Shown piece by piece: positions 1-9,100 of a stretch of DNA of 64,000 nucleotides. Both the position numbers and the translations under genes were made by a program. The DNA lies in the NCBI GenBank assembly GCA_963808625.1, contig CAWEHK010000008.1:128001-192000 (forward strand), read 5' to 3'. Each line of letters opens with the position of its first letter. Position 1 is the first letter of the stretch. Below the pieces are notes generated by a model. That model saw only the letters and a list, made by a program, of their open reading frames with translations, was not told where the DNA came from and did no database searches. Source of the DNA: an uncultured delta proteobacterium (GTDB taxonomy: Bacteria > Desulfobacterota > Syntrophobacteria > Syntrophobacterales > Syntrophobacteraceae).

Positions 1-604
1 TCTTGTTGTCGAGCAGGGCCAGCACCATGGTGAAAACGACCAGCCCCAGGATGAGATTGATCTGGTATTCGGTGAACCTTCCTGCGGCCCCCGAAAGGAA
101 GAGATTCTTGTCAACAATCAGTTCTATCCCTTTTCTCAGGAAGACCAATCCGAGAGCGAGCTGGATCCCGCGAACAACCGGCTGGGTGAAGAGCTTGGCA
201 AGCGTATCCACCATCCGGGTAACGGAGAGGATGAGGAGAATGGCACCGAAAATGATACCCGACGCGCCAATGACCGGTTCGGTAATCTGGGCCGGATAGG
301 CAATGGCAATGGCTCCTACCGCCTTGAGCGGCTGCACGGGCACGGGCAGACGGTAGTATAGACCGGTAATCAGATAAAATAGCCCGAAGGAGAGGAAGAC
401 GGTCGTCGGGCTCAACTTGTTGATGAGGATCATGCCCACCACGATGGGAAGCAGCGTGCCCAAATCTCCGAAAGAACCGGCCAGCTCCACCCGATCAAAG
501 CGGAGGCCGTTAACCATCGCCGGGTCCGGTGGTTCGACGACAGCACCATCCGCAGGCTTCGCAGCTGTTTCGACTCCAACCACTGCTCCCACCGTTTTGT
601 CCAT
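1..604 (-). CDS. MOT1-family molybdate/sulfate transporter, 5' part (runs off window start)
   Basis: Manual translation from ATG 604: MDKTVG...RFDRVELAGSFGDLGTLLP...YYRLPVPVQPLKAVGAIAI...VVRGIQLALGL. GDLGT and PVPVQP(M/L)K are MOT1 motifs. Not in the ORF track because it has no stop in the window. Confidence 0.85.
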   Translation of the reverse strand, partial: MDKTVGAVVGVETAAKPADGAVVEPPDPAMVNGLRFDRVELAGSFGDLGTLLPIVVGMILINKLSPTTVFLSFGLFYLITGLYYRLPVPVQPLKAVGAIAIAYPAQITEPVIGASGIIFGAILLILSVTRMVDTLAKLFTQPVVRGIQLALGLVFLRKGIELIVDKNLFLSGAAGRFTEYQINLILGLVVFTMVLALLDNK

Positions 605-649
605 GAGGCGCCTCCCCTTATGAAAATGCGGAACATTCCCATTCTCTTG

Positions 650-720
650 TTGACAGGCTTATATAACACGAATAATCTAATATTCGTGTTACTTGTATCG
701 CCTGATTATGAAGATGTCAA
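650..720. promoter_or_regulatory. Divergent sigma70-like promoters overlapping a perfect 11-bp inverted repeat (putative TunR operator)
   Basis: TAACACGAATA-N6-TATTCGTGTTA at 664-691. Plus strand TTGACA(650)-17 bp-TAATCT(673). Minus strand TTGACA at 720-715. Confidence 0.75.
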
Positions 721-753
721 GAGACTTTTCGCGAGAATTGGAGGCTACTTTCC

Positions 754-1833
754 ATGAATCAGCCGCACTGTAGCATACCCACTCCTGCCAACCACTCCCG
801 AATCTTGGCGGGATCGGGCCCCTCCCGGTGTCTCGATGCGCTCCAGCTTCAGCGTCTCGAGGAATCGTTTCGGCGGTGGGCACAATCGTCACGGAACCCC
901 AACCTGCGATGGTCCAGAAAACGAATTCTTCTGATCTTCCTCCTGATCCGGTACACGGGCGCCAGATTGAATGAAGTTCTGAATCTTGACCCCGTGCTCG
1001 AGATCGACTGCGATCATCACATCGTTCGGCTTCGCAAGACGGGCCCCGACGGCGACGCTTCGAGCCGCGAAATCCAGATCCCGGAGCTCTTGTCGGCAGA
1101 GATCCGGGAGACGCTCCGGGAGCTGCAGCTCAAAGACCCTCAGGGAAAGCTTTTCAAGGTGGACCCGGCACATGTTCGCCGCAAGTTCTACGCCATGGCG
1201 GAAGCGGCCGGTATGCCACGGGAGTCGGGAACCCCTGAAGTCATCAGAAGATCCAGGGCGGTGGAACTGATGCAGAGCAACGTGCCTCTCCCCGTGGTGC
1301 AAAAGATCCTCGGCCACTCCACACCGAGTCTCGCCGCTTCTTACGTGGAGTTTTCCGATGATGACATTCGCGACGTGGCAAGGCACTTTGCCGACAAGGA
1401 GGATCAGCGCAGGACCAGTGCGCGGAATACTTTTTTCGGCAAAATCGATACTGTCCGCGTAGGCGATGTACAGACCATCGTGGAAATGGTGTCGCTCGGC
1501 GGGGCCCGGGTTTGTGCGGTGATCACCAATTACAGTCACGCCCGCCTCGGCCTGAAACCCGGCACGCTCGCCACAGCGGAAGTGAAGGCACCATGGGTGA
1601 TGCTTTTCAAAGGCGAGCAGGAACCGCATAGTACTGCTGAAAACAGGTTTTGTGGAAAAGTCAGCCGCGTTCTCAGGGGAAAGGTGACGACGGAAATCGT
1701 CGTGCGCATCCCGGACGGCACCGAACTATGCTCCATCATTACCGAGAAGAGCAAACAAACGCTCGCTATCAAAGAGAACGATACCATGTGGGTGGCATTC
1801 AGCGCCTTTGCCGTGGTCATTCATACCGACTGA
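754..1833 (+). CDS. tunR: TunR-like molybdate/tungstate-responsive regulator (XerC-like N-terminal domain + two TOBE/Mop domains)
   Basis: Tyrosine-recombinase-like YTGARLNE...RRSRAVEL...QKILGHS...Y, with the HxxR His replaced. C-terminal TSARN and TAENRF TOBE repeats. Lies among Mo/W genes. Confidence 0.85.
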   Translation: MNQPHCSIPTPANHSRILAGSGPSRCLDALQLQRLEESFRRWAQSSRNPNLRWSRKRILLIFLLIRYTGARLNEVLNLDPVLEIDCDHHIVRLRKTGPDGDASSREIQIPELLSAEIRETLRELQLKDPQGKLFKVDPAHVRRKFYAMAEAAGMPRESGTPEVIRRSRAVELMQSNVPLPVVQKILGHSTPSLAASYVEFSDDDIRDVARHFADKEDQRRTSARNTFFGKIDTVRVGDVQTIVEMVSLGGARVCAVITNYSHARLGLKPGTLATAEVKAPWVMLFKGEQEPHSTAENRFCGKVSRVLRGKVTTEIVVRIPDGTELCSIITEKSKQTLAIKENDTMWVAFSAFAVVIHTD

Positions 1834-2057
1834 AAGGGTCCGCTGTTTTTGACAGGTGCGCGTCATCCTTTAAACGCCCCATCCGTGCCCGCCTTTCCAA
1901 AGCAGATTTTTTCCTGTTGCCCGTTTCTCGCCAGGGTGATAAAAGCGTCTATGTCAAAATTGGCACAGAAGCGATATTCTCAAGCCGCTACGATACCCTT
2001 TGGGTGAGGCGGCTTTGTTGCTTCCGGTAATTCAGGTGATGGCGGGGAGACGGTGCG

Positions 2058-2787
2058 ATGCGGGTTTTCATTGGCTTTGATGATACGGACCATATTGATG
2101 CGGATCGGGGTACGGGAAAACTTGCCCGCTGGTTTGAACGGGAACTGCCCGAGGGTTGTCGTATTTGGGGTGTAGTGCGCCAGCAACTCCTGGTTCACGA
2201 GGACATTCCTTACACCTCCCACAATAGCAGCGCGTGTGCGGTGGTCGAGGTGGAGGATGATTCCCTGGTTGAGGACCTTATTTCGAGGGCCGCCAAACAT
2301 ATCGAACATTATTCTCTTGATGGCAGCGACCCGGGGCTTTGCGTGGCATCCGGTAACGGCCCCACAATGTCACGGTTGATTGCTTTCGGCCGTAAATGCA
2401 CGAGCCGGGTTGTCACGCAGAAAGAAGCCCTGGAAGCTTCCTCCGGGGTGCACCTTTCAGGTCATGGCGGAACCAATCAGGGGATCATCGGCGCCGCGGC
2501 GGCGGTGGGATTGACGGCTGACGGCTGGTGTGGGCGATTTATCGAGTTTCAAAAGCTGCGCAGTGTCCCGGACACGGGTGAGGGTATCAGAGCTTGAGAG
2601 TCGAAACATCTTCACGGTTTCTCTCGACCGGGACAGCAGGGTCCCAGCGCCCGAGGACGTTGTTGTCACCAAAGGTTGGCTGCGTCCGCGTCTTTGGGGC
2701 AGCAGAGCGGTTTTAGCGGTAATGCCGAGGGAAAATGGCGTGTGGGAGTCGCTCGGGGGGAAAAGGCAAAAAGCTGATACAGCCTAA
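2058..2787 (+). CDS. TiaS catalytic-core-like protein of unknown function (one frameshift near 2575)
   Basis: IGFDDTD..GTG, IPYTSHNSSAC, SDPGLCVA, GIIGAAAAVG resemble the TiaS N-terminal core. ORFs 2058-2597 and 2530-2787 join. Confidence 0.6.
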
Positions 2788-2810
2788 GGCTTCTGCCGCA
2801 TCAGGGACCA

Positions 2811-3197
2811 TCACGGTCCCTGATGATCTTTTTCTTTGGCTTCGTAGTATTCTTTGATCAGATCGCTGAGGTTCTTGGCCTGTTTCTCCATGTATCCTAT
2901 CCAAATGGCGAGCATGTGCTTGCCCTCGTCCGTTAAGTGGTAAATTCGCTTTGCCGGACCAGCCCCCTCAGTCTCCCATTGCGAGATAACCAGCCCGTCT
3001 TCCTCCAATTGGCGGAGGTGACGATAGATCATTCCCGGCGGCGCCTGTCCCTCCACAAACCCAAACCGCTGGATCGTTTGAATCAACTCATAGCCGTATG
3101 ATGGCTTGGTATAAAGGCCCATCAAGATCGACGGCTGCATGTAGCGATCTTTCTTCCCCTGCTGCGGACGGCGTTGTGATTTTTTTTGCTCTGCCAT
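2811..3197 (-). CDS. PadR-family transcriptional regulator
   Basis: PSYGYELI...PGMIYRHLRQLEEDGLV...GPAKRIYHLTDEG winged-helix signature. Confidence 0.9.
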   Translation of the reverse strand: MAEQKKSQRRPQQGKKDRYMQPSILMGLYTKPSYGYELIQTIQRFGFVEGQAPPGMIYRHLRQLEEDGLVISQWETEGAGPAKRIYHLTDEGKHMLAIWIGYMEKQAKNLSDLIKEYYEAKEKDHQGP

Positions 3198-3204
3198 ATT
3201 TTTA

Positions 3205-3233
3205 TTGACCTATATCTTTAAAGGATATATTCT
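3205..3233 (+). promoter_or_regulatory. Sigma70-like promoter with a palindrome in the spacer (putative PadR operator)
   Basis: TTGACC(3205)-17 bp-TATTCT(3228). TATATC-N7-GATATA at 3211-3229, between the divergent padR and a small gene. Confidence 0.55.
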
Positions 3234-3295
3234 CATATCGAAAGTTAACCCAGGAGTCCCGGTACGGAACCTTCAAACCATGAAAGGAGACACAC

Positions 3296-3499
3296 ATGGC
3301 AACAATCTTCGTCCGTGAGCGGCGTAAAATTGAAAAAGGCGAAAAGAAACCTCGCTTTCGGGTGGTTGGCGTCCACGGCAACGACCTGAAAATTTATGTC
3401 GAGCATATCCGCAAAAAGGAACTCGACCAGATTGTCGAAGCATCGGCAGCCAAGGTGGTCTATCTCAAGGCCGGGAAGGAAGAAGGGGGAGAAGAGTAG
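3296..3499 (+). CDS. Small hypothetical protein (67 aa)
   Basis: Strong RBS (AAAGGAG) before ATG, plausible composition, divergent from padR. Confidence 0.7.
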   Translation: MATIFVRERRKIEKGEKKPRFRVVGVHGNDLKIYVEHIRKKELDQIVEASAAKVVYLKAGKEEGGEE

Positions 3500-3569
3500 A
3501 AGCCGGACAGCCCCCTCGGCTTGGCTCGAGGAAGTGGTCAACCCTGGAGGTCGTCATCCTTCTCCGGGG

Positions 3570-4430
3570 CTACTCTTCTTTGTAGATGATAGTCCCCACG
3601 TGCTTCCCCTCGAGCGCTGCAAGAATATGTTCCGGATGATGCAGGGCATCCACGATCTGGAGCTCCTTGAGGCATTTGGCTCGCTGCAAAAGGGTGAGGA
3701 TAGGTCGCTCGATAATGAGATCGTCCAGGTCCAACTCAAGGAGCTCCTTCGCGGAAACCCTTCCGAAAAACTTTAGGCTGTCCCGTTTGGATGCTTCGAC
3801 CTTTTTCGGATCGCGATCGAACAGTCCCTTTTCGTCCTTCAAAAAAATCAGCGAGCGGGCGCCGATATTCTCCGCCAGCAGGAAGGCTCCGCAGTCGGTA
3901 CGATGGGGAGGGATGGAACCGATTTCCGCAGGATGTTCAAAAAAGCCGTAAGGTGGTATGCCATAAGTGATGGGCAGATACCCCAAGCGACAGAACATGG
4001 TGAGCTGCTCCAGGTTGTCTCCATGCCCGATCTTTACCCCTCCGTGCTTTGAGAGGAGCACGCTGAGCATCTCCGCATTCTGCCACGAAACCTTGTCTCC
4101 CAGTTTGGAAAGCACCCCGGTGGGCATCCCCAAATCAACCCCAATGTTGTAAACGTGCCTGGCCCGGGTGCCGCCTCCGGTCATCAGAAGGATTTTGTGC
4201 TTTTCTTTAGCCTCAATGAGCACGTCCAGGATTGGAAGGATCGCCTTGCGTCCGCGGTCGATGATACTCTGTCCCCCGATTTTGATGACGTTGATGTCCG
4301 GGTGCATGCGGAAGTAATCCACGGCCTCGGTCCGTTTGAGGAACTCTTTGCTCACCAGGGATTCACCCATCAGGGGGGACTCGATGTGGAGCCTCCCGGT
4401 ATCACTCTCTTCCTTGATCAATTTTGCCAT
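3570..4430 (-). CDS. Molybdenum storage protein subunit (MosA/MosB-like, amino-acid-kinase fold)
   Basis: ESPLMGESL, VIKIGGQSIIDRG, TGGGTRARH, IPPHRTDCG, LKDEKGL match the MoSto/UMP-kinase-like family. Mo/W gene context. Confidence 0.8.
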   Translation of the reverse strand: MAKLIKEESDTGRLHIESPLMGESLVSKEFLKRTEAVDYFRMHPDINVIKIGGQSIIDRGRKAILPILDVLIEAKEKHKILLMTGGGTRARHVYNIGVDLGMPTGVLSKLGDKVSWQNAEMLSVLLSKHGGVKIGHGDNLEQLTMFCRLGYLPITYGIPPYGFFEHPAEIGSIPPHRTDCGAFLLAENIGARSLIFLKDEKGLFDRDPKKVEASKRDSLKFFGRVSAKELLELDLDDLIIERPILTLLQRAKCLKELQIVDALHHPEHILAALEGKHVGTIIYKEE

Positions 4431-4580
4431 CTTGTTGCCGACCTCGCAGATATTTGTGCGTTAAAGCCCATCCCCATCGTTCCCTTCCACCCAAAACACG
4501 CATGATGAAATAGCACGCATTCGATGATATGGCGAGCATCAGACCAAGTCAAGCGCGCCTAAACACCACGACTGTGAAAA

Positions 4581-5441
4581 TCAGTCATCATACTGCTTTG
4601 CATAAACTGCATCATTATAGAGTCCCTCGCCGTAGCGATCCTTCCCGTAATCCCGGATGATTTGTTGACCCTCATCGGAGGCCACAAAATCGATGAACTT
4701 GATTGCCCATGCCGCTCCCGGGGTAGCGCCTTCAGGCTGGCTCAGCGTATGGTAGGTATTGATCAGGAATTTATCGCCTTTGAAGAGGATTTTCAGGTTC
4801 GGCATGTTCTTCTGTTCGGCTGCCCAGGTGCTGCTGTCGGTCATAAAGTAGCCTTTCTCGTCGTTTGCCCGTTTCAGAGTGGCAGTCATGAAATCCTTGG
4901 TGACGATGTACCAGTCACCGGAGGGAGTGATGTCGGCCTTCTGCCAAACATCGAGCTCCTTTTTGTGGGTCCCCGAATTATCACCTCTCGAGAAGAACTT
5001 TGCCTTGGCATTGGCGATGCGAATATAGGCGTCAGCAGCGCTCTTCGCCTCGGAAATCTTTGCTGGATCGTCAGGAGGCCCAACGATGAAGAATTCGTTT
5101 GAGCCGATGAGGACCCGCTTTACCGCCCAACCCTCCTCGACGGCCTTCTTTTCAGCCGCAGGAGCATGCACCATGATCATGTCCGCGGTTTTTTCTTTCA
5201 ACGCGGTGAGTGACTCTCCCGATCCCGCTTTCTTCCAGAGGAGGGTAGCATTCACCTTAGTATTGAAAGCCTTTGCCAACGCTTCAAGCAAGCCCAGCTC
5301 CCCCGGGCTTCCCGTGGCAACAGAGAATTTGTTGGAGCCGTCCCCATACACCCCGTCATACTTCTCTTCAGCCATTGACCGAGCCGCTGCCATTAACAGT
5401 ACAGCCAGGATTATTACGGCAAGAGTAACACGCATCTTCAT
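4581..5441 (-). CDS. TupA-like tungstate/molybdate ABC substrate-binding protein
   Basis: Signal peptide from ATG 5441 (RBS GGAGG). GSGE...MVHAP, SRGDNSGTHKKE, N.Y motifs. The usual TTTS motif reads TGSP. Confidence 0.8.
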   Translation of the reverse strand: MKMRVTLAVIILAVLLMAAARSMAEEKYDGVYGDGSNKFSVATGSPGELGLLEALAKAFNTKVNATLLWKKAGSGESLTALKEKTADMIMVHAPAAEKKAVEEGWAVKRVLIGSNEFFIVGPPDDPAKISEAKSAADAYIRIANAKAKFFSRGDNSGTHKKELDVWQKADITPSGDWYIVTKDFMTATLKRANDEKGYFMTDSSTWAAEQKNMPNLKILFKGDKFLINTYHTLSQPEGATPGAAWAIKFIDFVASDEGQQIIRDYGKDRYGEGLYNDAVYAKQYDD

Positions 5442-5642
5442 GATTTCCCTCCTTCCGTTGATGGAGCAGAACCGATCGGATCGCCATCTCCCAAACCGGC
5501 AATCCTCAGGAGGAGAACCCATACATCCTCCCTGAGACGATGAACAAGCAAAAAGATGGGGACGGTATAAGAGGCTCTCCCCGGACTCTCTATTTTGATC
5601 TGTTTCGGAACCGTCCGTTCTGGAAGAATAATCGCGCAGATG

Positions 5643-5671
5643 AGGGTATCAATGTCTTGATAGCATGTCAA
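5643..5671 (-). promoter_or_regulatory. Putative sigma70 promoter of the tupA-like gene
   Basis: Minus strand TTGACA-17 bp-TACCCT, about 200 nt upstream of the start. Confidence 0.4.
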
Positions 5672-5757
5672 CATTGGCATAATTCCCTTCTCGTACCGTG
5701 ATCAAGAGTCACAGACAACCCTCCAGTACAACCCGGCAGAAGTCCTCACCTCGTTCT

Positions 5758-5843
5758 GGTGGGCACGGTAAAGCGCTGTGCCCACCCTACACCGTTGCTC
5801 GCAGAAATCCGAGGTAGGGTGGGCACGTCTTTTTGTGCCCACC
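5758..5843. repeat. GTAG-type REP doublet (inverted pair)
   Basis: GGTGGGCAC..GTGCCCACCCTAC / GTAGGGTGGGCAC..GTGCCCACC. Second copy at 19398. Confidence 0.75.
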
Positions 5844-6113
5844 GGAACTGGTTACGGACCTTCGCCCAGCAGTACTGGAGCGAAGCCACGCATAGGGGGC
5901 GATGGGTGGTGAGGAAGGAAGGCCAAAAAGGCGGTGCGGTATGAAAGGAAATCACTGCTGGAGCTTTCCCGGCAGGAATCACCAGATCACTCTCACGCCG
6001 CCCAGGTCTTGCAGGGAAAAATCCAGGGTATGAGTCAGGGAACCCATAAACATCATGTTCTTGGGATGAGGAAATAGATCCGAAGAAGATTGTTCGCAAC
6101 CAGCAAGGTTCAT

Positions 6114-9100
6114 CTATTCTTGTGGTTCCGGCAACTCCGGGCAGGTCTTGCGGTACGGTTCATCACCCAGGAACTGCCGCCACTCGGAGCGGGTCAGGTT
6201 GCGATTTGCCATGCGGCAAGCTCTTGCTTTCCATGACTCAAGGTCAAGATCCCAGAGGATGACGGTAGCATCCTGACTTCCCGAGGCCAGGGTCTTGCCG
6301 TCGGGGCTGAAAGCGACGCTAAACACGCCATCCTTGTGGCCTCTTAGCGGGTCGCCCATGGGTTGGCGAGTGGTTACCTCCCAGAGGATGACGGTCTGAT
6401 CCCAACTCCCCGAGGCCAGGGTCTTGCCGTCGGGGCTGAAGGCGACGCTTGACACGCCATACTTGTGGCCTCTTAGCGGCTCGCCCATGGGTTGGCGGGT
6501 GGTCACATCCCAGAGGATGACGGTTTTATCCTCACTCCCCGAGGCCAGGGTCTTGCCGTCGGGGCTGAAGGCAACGCTGCGCACGGCTCTTCGTGGCCTC
6601 TTAGCGGCTCGCCCATGGGTTGGCGGGTGGCCACATCCCAGAGGATGACGGTTTTATCCCCACTCCCCGAGGCCAGGGTCTTGCCGTCGGGGCTGAAGGC
6701 GACGCTATCCACGTAATCCTTGTGGCCTGTTAGAGGTTCGCCCATGGGCTGGCGGGTGGTCACATCCCAGAGGATGACGGTTTTATCCCCACTCCCCGAG
6801 GCCAGGGTCTTGCCGTCGGGGCTGAAGGCGACGCTACGACACGCCATCCTTATGGCCTCTTAGCGGCTCGCCCATGGGCTGGCGGGTGGTCACATCCCAG
6901 AGGATGACGGTTTTGTCCTCACTCCCCGAGGCGAGGGTCTTGCCGTCGGGGCTGAAGGCGACGCTGTCACCGCGGTCTTTGTGGCCTCTCAGCGGCTCGC
7001 CTATGGGTTGGCGGGTGGCCACATCCCAGAGGATGACGGTTTTATCCCCACTCCCCGAGGCGAGGGTCTTGCCGTCGGGGCTGAAGGCGACGCTATACAC
7101 AGAATCCTTGTGGCCTGTTAGCGGTTCGCCTATGGGTTGGCGGGTGGTCACATCCCAGAGGATGACGGTTTTATCCCTACTCCCCGAGGCCAGGGTCTTG
7201 CCGTCGGGGCTGAAGGCGACGCTATCACAGGTAACCTTGTGGCCTGTCAGCGGCTCGCCCATGGGTTGGCGGGTGGCCACATCCCAGAGGATGACGGTTT
7301 CATCCCAACTCCCCGAGGCCAGGGTCTTGCCGTCGGGGCTGAAGGCGACGCTTATCACGTAACTCCTTGTGGCCTGTTAGCGGCTCGCCCATGGGTTGGC
7401 GGGTGGTCACATCCCAGAGGATGACGGTTTTATCCCAACTCCCCGAGGCCAGGGTCTTGCCGTCGGGGCTGAAGGCGACGCTCGACACGCCATCCTTGTG
7501 GCCTCTTAGCGGCTCGCCCATGGGCTGGCGGGTGGTCACATCCCAGAGGATGACGGTTTTATCCTCACTCCCCGAGGCGAGGGTCTTGCCGTCGGGGCTG
7601 AAGGCGACGCTCGTCACCGGATCCTTGTGGCCTCTTAGCGGCTCGCCCATGGGTTGGCGGGTGGTCACATCCCAGAGGATGACGGTTTTGTCCCCACTCC
7701 CCGAGGCGAGGGTCTTGCCGTCGGGGCTGAAGGCGACGCTATCCACACGGTCTTCGTGGCCTCTTAGCGGCTCGCCCATGGGTTGGCGGGTGGTCACATC
7801 CCAGAGGATGACGGTATTATCCCCACTTCCCGAGGCGAGGGTCTTGCCGTCGGGGCTGAAGGCGACGCTCAACACGAAATTCTTATGGCCTCTTAGCGGC
7901 TCGCCTATGGGTTGGCGGGTGGTCACATCCCAGAGGATGACGGTTTTATCCCCACTCCCCGAGGCCAGGGTCTTGCCGTCGGGGCTGAAGGCGACGCTCG
8001 TCACGGATTTCCTTGTGGCCAGAGAAAAAGGTGCCAAGGTAAGGGTTATGGAGAAGGGCATTCATAAGACTGCTTTTCGCTTCAAAGGTGTCATGGGCAC
8101 GCCATGATTCCACCCCCAACAACAGGGCCTGGTCCAGCTGAGTGTCCAACCGGTTTAGCGCTTGGGCAGCCAATTGGCGGGACAAGGCTATCCTGCGTTG
8201 CTCATCCGCCTTCTTCTCATTAGAAATTGCGATCTGAGTCTGAGAACGTGCGAACTCAGCCTGTTCTTCGGCTCGCCGGGCTTCGTTCCCCGCTCGCCGC
8301 CACTGCATCCCGGCAAGTCCTGCCAGAACCAGGAAGACGAGGGCTGCCGCAAGCGCACCGATGGTTATCCGCCGCCTCGAGCGCTCCCTGGCTGCCCGCT
8401 CACGTTCCCTCGCAGCCATGCTCTCCCTGATGAAGTCCTGTTCACCGGGTGGCAGGTCTTGAGGCCTTTCCGCAAGCCAACGCTCCGCCTCCGTGAGCGG
8501 CGCCCCGCGCAGGAGGGTCTCCGCATCATGATCGGTGCGCTCCCACTCTTCCAGAGCGACTTTCAACCGCTGGGACCACAGCAGGAACTCCCGGTCTTCG
8601 TCCACCCAGCCCCGCAGCCGCCCCCAGTTCCGGATGAGGGCCTCATGGGCCACTTCAACGCTTTGCACCCCGGTGGCCCGGTCCTGCCCCGTCACCAGGA
8701 GTCGTGCGTCTGCCAGGTTCTTCACCAGCGGTTGGGCTGATTCGGGCACTTCGGTTATGGCGGCGCGCCGCCGGGTATCTTCCACCCCCTCTCCGGGTTT
8801 TACCAACTGCATGAACACGCTTCGCACCATCTTCTGCTCGCGGGTCCGTCAGCCGTGCGAACAGTTCCTCCGCGCGGCAGGCGATGGCGCCCTGGACTCC
8901 TCCCATGGCCTCGTAGGCTTCGTGGAGCAGTTGGCCTCCATGGCGCTTTTCCCAGAGCTCCGTCAGGACGAACTCGAGCAGAGGAAGGTTTCCGGGCTCT
9001 TCCCTCACATCGTTCAAGATCCGCTTGACCAGGCCCGGTTCGAAGTTCAAACAGACCTTCTCCGCAGGACCCACAACCGCCCGCTCCAGTTCCTCCCCGG

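Noticed and set aside
754..1833. Active integrase marking a mobile element
   Set aside because: HxxR His is absent and the TOBE domains plus Mo/W context indicate a TunR-type regulator.
1960..1976. Sigma54 promoter at TGGCAC
   Set aside because: The -12 TTGC element is missing.
3570..4430. Uridylate kinase pyrH
   Set aside because: N-terminal extension and motifs fit Mo storage protein; no tsf/frr context.
4494..4521. Second TunR site upstream of the storage protein gene
   Set aside because: Only a half-site (AAACACG); no matching CGTGTT at the right spacing.
6250..8030. Regular repeat with short variable segments resembling a CRISPR array
   Set aside because: Period is 129 bp (43 codons) encoding WD40 blades, variable parts are only a few codons, and no cas genes are present.
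6250..8030. Diversity-generating retroelement target
   Set aside because: No reverse transcriptase or separate template repeat in the window, and variation is not visibly adenine-restricted.
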